In this document: positions 50,513-59,055 of the stretch, in pieces
Position numbering within the stretch: position 1 is the first letter of the stretch
Layout of the letters: each line of letters starts with the position of its first letter
Assembly: GCA_963704435.1 (NCBI GenBank)
Contig: OY969902.1
Location: forward strand, 200,949-264,948
Length of the DNA: 64,000 bases
Direction of reading: 5' to 3'
DNA from: an uncultured archaeon
GTDB taxonomy: Archaea; Micrarchaeota; Micrarchaeia; Micrarchaeales; CABMGC01
Notes under the pieces: model-generated
What the model saw: only the letters and a program-made list of their open reading frames with translations
Databases searched by the model: none
What the model was told of the DNA's origin: nothing
Made by a program: the position numbers and the translations under genes

Positions 50513-51442
50513 GTGCCTTCCAAAAAGGGAAAAGTGGTCCGCGCGCGGAAAGACGCGAATCCGGTGTTCAACGTAAAGGACTTCAGCCTCAGGCTGACTT
50601 TCGAGAGCGGCCAGCCTCTGGCCTTCTACGGCGACTATTCCTCGAAGGGCAAAGATGAAACATTGTCCTACGTGACGCGGCGCGGGCTCATAGAGGTGCG
50701 CTGCAGCAACTCCGGCGGATATTCCCGGATAAGCTGCAGGCACTCCGGCGACTATACCGACGACTCCGCACGCGAGGACGCCTTCTGGAGGCTCGGGATG
50801 GGCCAGGACATGGGCAGGATATACTCCGCCATAAGCACGGACGCGTTCGTGGAGAAGGCGATCAGGGCCCACTACGGGCTGCGCATAACCAAGAGCGAGC
50901 CCTGGGAGGCCGCGCTCTGCTTCACGGTCTCGCAGTTCAACAACATAAAGAGGATACGGGGCATAATGGGGCGCCTGATCGACAGGTTCGGCGAGGCCCG
51001 CGAGGGAGGCGGCAGGAAGTTCCGCCTCTTCCCGAACCCTGCGGCGATAGCCGGCGCTGACGCCCGCGAACTGATGCGCTGCGGCGCCGGATACAGGGCG
51101 GCGTACCTAAAGAGCGTGGCGAAATGTTTCGCGGAGGATTCCGGCCTAGAGCAGCTTTACGAGAAGGACTACGACAGCGCGAAGAGGGAGCTGCTGGGTA
51201 TCCACGGCATCGGGGACAAGGTCGCGGACTGCATCCTCCTCTTCGGCTACGGCAAGCTCGGGGCCTTCCCGGTGGATACATGGATAAAGAGGACCGTCGA
51301 GCACACCTATTTCGATGGAAAGAAGAAGAGCGTGCCCGAGATACACGCGTTCGCCGACGGAAAGTGGGGACCGTACGCGGGCTACGCCCAGCAGTACCTG
51401 TTCTGGCACGGCAGGTCGACTGCTGTCGGAAAGTCGAAGTGA
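50513..51442 (+). CDS. ogg: 8-oxoguanine DNA glycosylase / AP lyase (OGG-type HhH-GPD)
   Basis: The N-terminal motif is LTFESGQPLAFY and the HhH-GPD motif is LLGIHGIGDKVADCILLFGYGKLGAFPVDTWIKR. The start is GTG, preceded by AGGTGA. Confidence 0.75.
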   Translation: MPSKKGKVVRARKDANPVFNVKDFSLRLTFESGQPLAFYGDYSSKGKDETLSYVTRRGLIEVRCSNSGGYSRISCRHSGDYTDDSAREDAFWRLGMGQDMGRIYSAISTDAFVEKAIRAHYGLRITKSEPWEAALCFTVSQFNNIKRIRGIMGRLIDRFGEAREGGGRKFRLFPNPAAIAGADARELMRCGAGYRAAYLKSVAKCFAEDSGLEQLYEKDYDSAKRELLGIHGIGDKVADCILLFGYGKLGAFPVDTWIKRTVEHTYFDGKKKSVPEIHAFADGKWGPYAGYAQQYLFWHGRSTAVGKSK

Positions 51443-51528
51443 GGTTCCTGAATGCCATTTACGAATAACGCCGCAGCTACGCGTTTCGATAGTGTTTTAT
51501 CCTTTCTATCAGATAGTATTGCGAGCCT

Positions 51529-52419
51529 ATGCCGGATTCAAGATGCAACAGGCATTTCAGGTCGCAGTCCGCGATGGAGTACCTGATGACCTACGGATGG
51601 TCGATCCTCATAATCACGGTGATCCTGGGCGCGCTCTACAGCGTCGGCGCGTTCGGATCGTCGAACATCGGCCCCCGCGCGCCTCCGGGGAACTGCAAGA
51701 TATTCCGGTCGTCGGGCGAGGCCAACCTCGAGGGCACGTGCGGCGGTGTCCTGCCGCAGCAGGTCGCGCAGTTCAACGGCCAGAGCTATGTGTATGTGGG
51801 CAGCAATGCGTTGCAGATGAACAACCTTGCGACCGCTTTGACGGTGTCCATATGGGCGGATCCGCAGAGCCTAGGCCCCAACAGCCAGTACCTGTTCTCC
51901 AATTCGAGAGATAGCGGTGGCACTTACAACGGTTACAATCTGTATGTGTCCAACACCGGAGTGCCTATCTTCCTAGTATGGAACCTGGCCTCCAACAGCG
52001 TATCGGGGGGCACGCTAAGCATGAACGCGTGGTACCAGGTGGCAGGCGTCTATGACGGATCGTACCTTTACATATACGTGAATGGTGCGCTTAAAAACAA
52101 AATCGCGTATTCTGGAGGGGTAGGCGTACCTTCGTCCTACGGCGCGCTGATAGGCGTGCTCGCATATAATTATCCTACGTATTACAAATTCGTAGGAGAC
52201 CTTGCGAATCTGCAGATTTACAACACCTCCCTCGACGCCAATCAGATACAGACGCTCTACATCAAGGGCATAGGCGCCGCTCCGGTGGATCCGTATCACA
52301 TTATAGGATGGTGGCCGCTGAACGGCAACGCCACTGACTACAGCGGAAACAACAACGGCGGAGCAGCGACCAACGTCATCTACACGGGCTCGTGGCTTTC
52401 GGGATATACCCCTCCTTAA
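51529..52419 (+). CDS. Type IV pilin-like (class III signal peptide) protein with a LamG/concanavalin-like domain
   Basis: The N-terminus RSQSAMEYLMTYGWSILIITVILGALY is a typical archaeal prepilin signal plus hydrophobic helix. The LamG pattern is present (WYQVAGVYDGSYLYIYVNG...GDLANLQIYNTSLDANQIQTLY). Confidence 0.75.
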   Translation: MPDSRCNRHFRSQSAMEYLMTYGWSILIITVILGALYSVGAFGSSNIGPRAPPGNCKIFRSSGEANLEGTCGGVLPQQVAQFNGQSYVYVGSNALQMNNLATALTVSIWADPQSLGPNSQYLFSNSRDSGGTYNGYNLYVSNTGVPIFLVWNLASNSVSGGTLSMNAWYQVAGVYDGSYLYIYVNGALKNKIAYSGGVGVPSSYGALIGVLAYNYPTYYKFVGDLANLQIYNTSLDANQIQTLYIKGIGAAPVDPYHIIGWWPLNGNATDYSGNNNGGAATNVIYTGSWLSGYTPP

Positions 52420-52465
52420 GCGGACTAAAAACCCGAAGTCAGGAATCGGGATAGAAGAGGAAAGG

Positions 52466-53524
52466 TAGGGACTTGACAAATTTTAAGTCTTTGCACCCAA
52501 TATGATTTCGGGGGTTTTCTCTTCTCTTTTTATCGTCGGGAAAATAAGGTCGTGAGTCTCCTGGACGGCCGATACGTCAGTGTATCGACCGCCTTGCCAG
52601 GAGTTGAAGACAATGGAAATCTATGAACTAAAGAATAAAATAATAGAAGTTTGGGCTGCGGCTAAGGTGATCGTGCAGAAGTTCGGGCATACGAGGAAGT
52701 TTGCGAAGCATCTTGTCGCCTTTGCGATAAGGCAACATGAGAATCTTACCGACGTAAGACTCGCGGAGTTCCTAGTCAGGGACCCGATAGGAAAGATCCT
52801 TGGTTACACGAGGAAGCCGCATCCGTCGACCTTCTCGAAGGTGCGGGAACGGTCGGATGCGGAGATGTTTGCGGAACTGCACAACTGGATAGTGCAGGAC
52901 CGGATGAAATCAAGGCAACTGCGACTTATCGTGCAGGACAGTACCGACGTCTTCGCATATTCGCGCAAGGACGGCGATGCGAGGTGGGGGCACAGAACTC
53001 CGTCAAGGAAAGAACAACTGATGCAAAACCTCGGCAATGGGAAAGAACTGTTCTTCGGTTATAAACCACATGTAATCGTAGAAGCCGAGACGGAAACGCC
53101 ACTTGCAATTGAGGTCATACCTGCGAACACAAACGACAAGAAGATGTTCTGGCCGCTGTACGACAGAGTAAAGAAGACCTTTCAACTGCAGTATCAGTCA
53201 AAATACATTGCGGATGCACAGTACCACGCATCAGCGATAAGGATGCAGTTGCGCGACGATGGCCTAACTCCAGTAATCCCGAGAAGCGGCAACAAGTATC
53301 TGAAAACAGAGAACCCGAAGGATCCGGAGTATGGGAAGAGGTGGGCCGTCGAACACCTCTTTGCAAGGTTGAAGGAGCTGTTCGGGCTTGCAAAGAACAG
53401 GTTCGTTGGCATAAAGAAGGTCAGGATTCACGTGTTTTCCTGCCTCCTCGCAAACCTGATCGAATACGTGATGTGAAGGGGTTTGTATTTGACGAGGTGA
53501 CTGAATGTAAATGTCAACTCCCTA
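52466..53524 (+). mobile_element. IS4/IS5-superfamily insertion sequence, copy C (1059 bp)
   Basis: Same sequence as copies A and B, in the opposite orientation. The flanks are AGGAAAGG (left) and (A)GGAAAGT (right), an imperfect or offset target duplication. Confidence 0.9.
52580..53476 (+). CDS. DDE transposase (IS4/IS5 type)
   Basis: The 298-aa translation is identical to the other two copies. Confidence 0.9.
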   Translation: MYRPPCQELKTMEIYELKNKIIEVWAAAKVIVQKFGHTRKFAKHLVAFAIRQHENLTDVRLAEFLVRDPIGKILGYTRKPHPSTFSKVRERSDAEMFAELHNWIVQDRMKSRQLRLIVQDSTDVFAYSRKDGDARWGHRTPSRKEQLMQNLGNGKELFFGYKPHVIVEAETETPLAIEVIPANTNDKKMFWPLYDRVKKTFQLQYQSKYIADAQYHASAIRMQLRDDGLTPVIPRSGNKYLKTENPKDPEYGKRWAVEHLFARLKELFGLAKNRFVGIKKVRIHVFSCLLANLIEYVM

Positions 53525-53574
53525 GGAAAGTCCCCTCCCTCAGGGATATAAACCTATTCAGCGGATTCTAGTCC

Positions 53575-55080
53575 ATGGGACTCATCAAGGTCCAGAACGT
53601 GATGAGCAACGAGCTCGCGAAGAGGACCATCTTCAGCAGGCCGCCCGAGCCGCCACAGGAATACCTGCTCAACGATCCCACGAACTCGATATTCATAGGC
53701 ATAACCAAGCTCTTCAGCGTGCCCTTCACGTGGACGTTCGCCGGCCTGACCAATCCCCACATATCCGTGGTCGGAATAACCGGAGCCGGGAAGAGCTTCT
53801 TCGTGAAGACGTTCCTCATAAGGGCCAGCTACATCTGGAACACCAACGCGATAATAATAGACTGGGCAGGGGAGTACAAGGCGTGGGTCAACCAGAGCGG
53901 CGGGGTCACCGTCTCACTGGGGAAGGGCGACTACATCAACATCATGGACCTATCGGGCATGAAGCCCCTCGACAGGTCCAAGCAGATACTCACGTCGCTC
54001 GAGATACTCACGGACCTCTCGGAATATCCCGAGCAGAAGAGGCTCACAGAGGAGGCCATAGAGCAGGCGTACACGAACTTCGGGTTCAACCCCGCCGAGA
54101 CGCCCCCTCCTAACAAGGAGGCGCCCACGTTCAAGGACGTGATAAACCTCCTGGAGGAGAAGCTGCAGGAGGGCACCTACGAGTATCCGGCGGAGCTCGA
54201 GAACGCGGTCTACAGGCTCAGGCAGTTCGCCCGCGAGGGGGAGGACTACTTCGCGAGGAAGAGCACCATAGACCTCGACAAGCTGATAACCTCGGGGCTG
54301 GTGGACATAGACCTGTCCAGCCTCCCGGACGAGAGGTTCAGGGCGCTTGCCGCGCTGTTCATGCTGCAGACGCTGAAGGAGAAGATGAGGATGGAGGGCT
54401 GGAGCGCTTCGAAGGGGCTTAAGGCATTCGTCGTCCTCGACGAGGCGTGGAAGGTCGCGAGCGACGAGAGGAGCGACGCGATCACCATAGTCAGGGAGGG
54501 CAGGAAGTACCAGTTCGGGCTGATTGTCGCGTCGCAGAACCCGACGGACATCAACGAGGCGATATTCTCCAACGTGGGCACATCCATAATGCTCAGGATA
54601 AGGTTCGAGAAGTTCCTCGACTACCTGCAGGGCTCGCTCAACTTCTCTAACTTCATGAGGAGCGAGATCAGCAAGTTCGGCGTAGGGCAGGCCGCGGTGG
54701 ACATGTCGTTCCAGACATCGGTGCAGTTCCCCGAGGTGTTCCTGATAGACAGGGTGGTGGGCGAGATACCCCTCGACGTCTACACCGTGGGCGTCACGGG
54801 CGTGCTCAACCAGGCCGAGCTCGAGGACACGAGCCTGCAGAAGGAGTACTACTTAGAGAGGATAGACCTGAACTCGAAGTTCATACAGTCGAACGTGAAC
54901 TCTGTCGCGATAGACGAGATCTTCAGGGAGCTGGACGCGAGGAACAGGAGCATCGACATAAGGGGCCTCGTGCAGGTGATGCTGAGCAAGAAGGTCAGCA
55001 AGGACACCGCGGTCGAGCTCCTCAGGAGCTTCGGGCTCTCCGACGCCATAATAACCAGGGTCTTCATGTACATATCATAG
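53575..55080 (+). CDS. HerA/VirB4/FtsK-superfamily ATPase (DUF87-type)
   Basis: Walker A is VVGITGAGKSFFV and Walker B is AFVVLDEAWK. REGRKYQFGLIVASQNPTDI is typical of HerA-like ATPases. Confidence 0.75.
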   Translation: MGLIKVQNVMSNELAKRTIFSRPPEPPQEYLLNDPTNSIFIGITKLFSVPFTWTFAGLTNPHISVVGITGAGKSFFVKTFLIRASYIWNTNAIIIDWAGEYKAWVNQSGGVTVSLGKGDYINIMDLSGMKPLDRSKQILTSLEILTDLSEYPEQKRLTEEAIEQAYTNFGFNPAETPPPNKEAPTFKDVINLLEEKLQEGTYEYPAELENAVYRLRQFAREGEDYFARKSTIDLDKLITSGLVDIDLSSLPDERFRALAALFMLQTLKEKMRMEGWSASKGLKAFVVLDEAWKVASDERSDAITIVREGRKYQFGLIVASQNPTDINEAIFSNVGTSIMLRIRFEKFLDYLQGSLNFSNFMRSEISKFGVGQAAVDMSFQTSVQFPEVFLIDRVVGEIPLDVYTVGVTGVLNQAELEDTSLQKEYYLERIDLNSKFIQSNVNSVAIDEIFRELDARNRSIDIRGLVQVMLSKKVSKDTAVELLRSFGLSDAIITRVFMYIS

Positions 55081-55118
55081 GTGTCGCCTTGGGATCCACT
55101 TTCACCATCGGCAGGATA

Positions 55119-55385
55119 ATGCTGAAGCGGACGCTCATTGCGCTCGGCATGAGCGAGAAGAGCGTGGACGAGCTGCTCGCGGAGCTAAACAAGACGCACA
55201 GGCACGCCAACGCGGTGGCGTTCGCGGGCTCCCTGCAGAGGCTGGGGCTCAAGCAGGAGGACATCGTAAACGTGCTCAGGAGGATAGGCATAGACGACAT
55301 AACTATATCCAGCATCTTCAACGTCGTGGACGAGGAGAGGATAAAGAGCGCTTACGGGAGGGTCGTCGAGATATACATTCAATAG
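55119..55385 (+). CDS. Hypothetical small helical protein
   Basis: 88 aa from the ATG at 55119; the track start at 55089 is TTG. Its LQRLGLKQEDIVNVLRRIGIDD motif resembles the extreme C-terminus of the preceding ATPase (LLRSFGLSDAIITRVF). Confidence 0.4.
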   Translation: MLKRTLIALGMSEKSVDELLAELNKTHRHANAVAFAGSLQRLGLKQEDIVNVLRRIGIDDITISSIFNVVDEERIKSAYGRVVEIYIQ

Positions 55386-55393
55386 GCGTGTGC

Positions 55394-55753
55394 ATGGCGA
55401 AGACATACTGCATGATCTGCGGGAAGGAGAAGGGCGGGATAGCCGTCGAGGAGGACTACGTCCTCGGCGCGATAAGGTGGTTCAAGAGCAACGTCACCAG
55501 GAACGAGAAGGGGAACCGTCTGGTCGTGTGCAGGGACTGCTACGCGCAGTACAAGAAGGAGAGGAAGAGGTACGAGTCCAGGCAGGTCGTCTACGCGGTG
55601 CTCGGCGTGCTTTTCTTCGTCGTGAGCGTGGCGATGTTCCCGAGGGCGACCACTGTCGCCGTATCCATCGGGGTCTGCGCGCTCCTGTACCTCTTTTCGC
55701 TGATGAGCTACGTGCCCAGGGTATCTCAAAGACCGCAGCAGCGCAATCAATAA
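55394..55753 (+). CDS. Zinc-ribbon membrane protein
   Basis: It has CMICG...CRDC (a four-Cys ribbon) followed by two TM helices (VVYAVLGVLFFVVSVAMF, VAVSIGVCALLYLFSLM). Confidence 0.5.
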   Translation: MAKTYCMICGKEKGGIAVEEDYVLGAIRWFKSNVTRNEKGNRLVVCRDCYAQYKKERKRYESRQVVYAVLGVLFFVVSVAMFPRATTVAVSIGVCALLYLFSLMSYVPRVSQRPQQRNQ

Positions 55754-55786
55754 ATACGTTGATAGAGATAGAAGGACGTGAGTTAG

Positions 55787-56515
55787 TTGCCCGAAGAAGA
55801 GACCGAGGTGGAGCCCAAGATCGAGAGGGTGGAGTTTCCGGGCAAGCTCAACGGTACGGTCTCTGCCGTGAAGGACAAGGTCGCGCAGATGCCCTTCTAC
55901 AACTTCCGCGAGGCGGAGGGCGGCATAGACATAGTCAGGGTCGAGAGCAGGAACGTGCGCAAGAAGCCCTTCCTCTTCTACATAATAACGGTCAAGCCTG
56001 ACGCGCTCACGCTCACCTATTCCATAGTGCCTGGGAGCAGCGACAGGCTCAGGAGGGCGGTCGTGATAAAGAACCTTGCCTCGATACTGTCGGTGATATC
56101 GGACAGCTTCGCCATAGAGGAGGGCAAGTTCTTCCAGTACGTCGATTCGGTGCTCGATAGCCTGATAAACGGCATGTCGCAGGGGTACAGCACGCTGTTC
56201 AACAAGTACGACGCGGTCGCCGGGGAGTACGCGGAGCTGAAGAAGCTGGCCAACGACCTCGCGATGTCCAACAAGAACCTAACGACCCAGACCAGCCAGC
56301 TGAGCGAGGAGAACAAGACGCTCAACGAGCAGCTCATGTCGCTGCAGACCTACTCGGACGACGCGCTGATGGGCATGGTGGAGGACTGGATAGAGGTGCA
56401 CAGCAGCGCGATAGACGTCGGGGAGTTCTCCAAGACCTACAAGGTCCCGGAGCCCAGGATCGAGCAGATACTCGACAAGATGGTCGCCGCGGGCTACATA
56501 GAGCTCAAGGGTTGA
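55787..56515 (+). CDS. Hypothetical coiled-coil protein with a C-terminal wHTH-like domain
   Basis: 242 aa with a TTG start. A central heptad-like region (YAELKKLANDLAMSNKNLTTQTSQLSEENKTLNEQLMSLQ) is followed by FSKTYKVPEPRIEQILDKMVAAGYIEL. Confidence 0.5.
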   Translation: MPEEETEVEPKIERVEFPGKLNGTVSAVKDKVAQMPFYNFREAEGGIDIVRVESRNVRKKPFLFYIITVKPDALTLTYSIVPGSSDRLRRAVVIKNLASILSVISDSFAIEEGKFFQYVDSVLDSLINGMSQGYSTLFNKYDAVAGEYAELKKLANDLAMSNKNLTTQTSQLSEENKTLNEQLMSLQTYSDDALMGMVEDWIEVHSSAIDVGEFSKTYKVPEPRIEQILDKMVAAGYIELKG

Positions 56516-56525
56516 GGCTGGGCGC

Positions 56526-56678
56526 ATGAGATACAACGTGACCGTGAACAAGAAGTACAGGCACGTGAAGGTGTACCGCATCGTAAAGCGGCTCAACGAG
56601 AGCACCAACCCGCTCTCCGCGGCTTTCGCCTCCCTGGTCGACAGGTTCGTGAGCTCAAGGTCCAAGAGGTCGGGATGA
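56526..56678 (+). CDS. Possible 50-aa basic protein translationally coupled to the next gene
   Basis: Not in the track because it is under 60 aa. The sequence is MRYNVTVNKKYRHVKVYRIVKRLNESTNPLSAAFASLVDRFVSSRSKRSG. Its TGA overlaps the ATG of 56675 (ATGA). Confidence 0.35.
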   Translation: MRYNVTVNKKYRHVKVYRIVKRLNESTNPLSAAFASLVDRFVSSRSKRSG

Positions 56679-59026
56679 TGAGACTAAGGACCGCGATAAT
56701 CGCCGTCGTCGTCTTCGCAGTGCTGTTCTCCGCGCTCGTGCTCTACATAAGGTCCCTCGCGAGCAGCTTCGTCCCCTACGTCACTCCCGCCGCGCCCGGC
56801 CCGGTATCGCTGCAGGCGCACGTCAACACGAGCAGGATGATAACCTACAACGACACCCACAACCTCGCGGACTACGCGCTCGTGTCATACTCGCTGAGGA
56901 ACGCGACGAACGCGATCGTGACGCTGGCCGCCTACACTCGGAACCCAATGCCGCGGATATACCTGCTCAACGTCAGCGCGTACTGCCTGTCATGCTTCAG
57001 CTCGGACTACCTAAGTTCGATCCTCCGCTCGGACCTGGCGCAGTACGGGATCATAAAGAACGCAACCAGCTTCAGCTACGTCAATGTCACCAACGCGGGC
57101 AGCATACCCCGGAACTCGATCGTGATAGTGCCATCCGGCGTACTGCCCCGCCCGCTCATCGGGAGCTCAAACGCTAGCGTCTTCGCGATGCTGAACAGGG
57201 GAGATACGATAATCTTCGCAGGCAGGAACTTCTCGAGCAGGTCGATAGACCTCAACAGCCTGGTGTACGTTGATTCAGCGAGCGTCATCTCGCAGTTCCT
57301 CTCATTCGGCATAGCCGAGGCCCCGTTCACGAACGCGGTCAACAAGTCATTCATACCCGCGAACATGAGCTTCCGAGGCCAGACCACGGTGCTGGTCGGA
57401 GGGAGGCAGTACGGGAACGCGACCTTCATCAACTCGGCAAACGGAACGGTAATAACTTTCACGAACTATCCCACGTCCGGATGGAACAGCGCCCAGGATA
57501 TGGCGAACGACATCTCCAGCGCCGTGAATTCGAGGTTCTGGATCCCGAACCCCGGGCGCGGCGGGACGTCATTCGCGGTCGGCGCGAACGGCATAGGCAA
57601 CGTAGGCGCGGTCGCGATCCTTTCCAGCGTCGTGAACAGCACGAGCATCGGCAGGATCGCGAACGGAACTTACTCCTTGGTGTCGGTGGCCGCAAGGGGC
57701 CCCGGCGGCACCGCGATGGAGGAGTTTGCCTTCCGGAACCAGTACGCGTGGAAGGGCCTCGTGGGCGTGCAGTCCGTGGCAGGGGAGCGTCAGAACATCC
57801 CGCTGACCGTCTTGGTGAACGGAAATCCGAACGCCAACACCAGCGTCCTTCTGCATCTCGACATGTACGACAAGAACATGAGCTACGTGGGCACGATACC
57901 GCTCGCGTTCGTGCTCGTGGGCAGCGAGGTCGTGCAGTACAGGTCGTTCGCCTTCCCCAGCGGCTACTACCTGATGGAGCTCAAGGACTTCAGCAACAAC
58001 CTCTACTCCGAGGCGCTCTTCTATCTCACGAACGTGACCTTGAACGCCACCTCGCTGGACTTCAAGAACGCCACCTTCTCGTTCAGCGCGTTCAGCAATG
58101 GCCTTCCGATAACCAACACTACCTACTCCATAAGCATAAACGGGGCGTACAGCAGCTCCGGCATAGTCAGGAACGGGACGTTCGACTATTCGCTCCCGAA
58201 GGGGACGATAGTCAACTACGGCAACGAGGTGTTCCGCATAATGATGTTCAACACCAACTACACCGTATCCGAGCAGTACCAGCAGAACATACTCCACATC
58301 CCACCGATATACATCGAGTTCGCAATCGCGATAATCGTCGTGGTGCTCCTGAACCTCATCCTCAGGCCGCCCCTGAGGGACGAGTACTACATAGACGTTC
58401 CCGAGTTCCCGCCATCCAAGGCAGAGAAGGTCGGCGTGCAGTCGGGATCGGTGCTCGGCGTCTTCGACAAGGTGAACTACTACTACCGCTGGACCTACAT
58501 GCCGCTCACCGTCGGTGAGATAAGGCTGGGGATAAACAACAACATAAGGGCCAATAACATGCCCGTGGCCGTGACTACGCAGAACGCCAACATAGTGCTG
58601 GCTAAGCTCGTCATGGACGGCAAGCTCGTGAGCTCCGGGGAGTACTATGCGCCGAAGGCGTGGGTGGACTCGTCGAAGCACAGCATAGACTACCTGGTAA
58701 TATTCAGGAAGCTGAGGGACTACTGCGTCTCGCACGCCATACTGTTCACGGACCTGGACTCCGACAAGACGGAGGACATGCTCGTGACCAAGGACGGCAG
58801 GCGGAGCGGCGTCTTCATATCCGCGCCCGGGTCGAAGACGAAGAGCATCCCGCTCTCGAACGACTCGAAGAGCTTCCTGGTCTTCCTGGACGACGCCGCG
58901 AGGCAGGATTTCGTAAAGAGCCTGTACACGTCGCTGGGCAAGGAGGCGGAGATGCTGAAGCTGGGCATAGAGTACAACTACATAAGGCTGGTCGACTGCG
59001 ATCACCTGGACCAGCTGGAACTCTAG
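56675..59026 (+). CDS. Large bitopic membrane glycoprotein (extracellular ~520 aa, cytoplasmic ~215 aa)
   Basis: 783 aa. It has an N-terminal TM (AIIAVVVFAVLFSALVLYI), many N-x-S/T sequons, a second TM (IEFAIAIIVVVLLNLIL) and a C-terminal soluble domain. No family recognised. Confidence 0.6.
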   Translation: MMRLRTAIIAVVVFAVLFSALVLYIRSLASSFVPYVTPAAPGPVSLQAHVNTSRMITYNDTHNLADYALVSYSLRNATNAIVTLAAYTRNPMPRIYLLNVSAYCLSCFSSDYLSSILRSDLAQYGIIKNATSFSYVNVTNAGSIPRNSIVIVPSGVLPRPLIGSSNASVFAMLNRGDTIIFAGRNFSSRSIDLNSLVYVDSASVISQFLSFGIAEAPFTNAVNKSFIPANMSFRGQTTVLVGGRQYGNATFINSANGTVITFTNYPTSGWNSAQDMANDISSAVNSRFWIPNPGRGGTSFAVGANGIGNVGAVAILSSVVNSTSIGRIANGTYSLVSVAARGPGGTAMEEFAFRNQYAWKGLVGVQSVAGERQNIPLTVLVNGNPNANTSVLLHLDMYDKNMSYVGTIPLAFVLVGSEVVQYRSFAFPSGYYLMELKDFSNNLYSEALFYLTNVTLNATSLDFKNATFSFSAFSNGLPITNTTYSISINGAYSSSGIVRNGTFDYSLPKGTIVNYGNEVFRIMMFNTNYTVSEQYQQNILHIPPIYIEFAIAIIVVVLLNLILRPPLRDEYYIDVPEFPPSKAEKVGVQSGSVLGVFDKVNYYYRWTYMPLTVGEIRLGINNNIRANNMPVAVTTQNANIVLAKLVMDGKLVSSGEYYAPKAWVDSSKHSIDYLVIFRKLRDYCVSHAILFTDLDSDKTEDMLVTKDGRRSGVFISAPGSKTKSIPLSNDSKSFLVFLDDAARQDFVKSLYTSLGKEAEMLKLGIEYNYIRLVDCDHLDQLEL

Positions 59027-59055
59027 GGATTGTTCTTAGATGGCGACTCTACCTC

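Noticed and set aside
57481-59005. Long ORFs overlapping or antisense to the 783-aa glycoprotein gene (57481..58518 +, 57569..59005 -)
   Set aside because: They have Arg/Gly/Glu- or Val/His/Arg-rich composition with no structure-like pattern. Only the 56675..59026 frame shows TM helices and sequons. These are GC-driven shadow ORFs.
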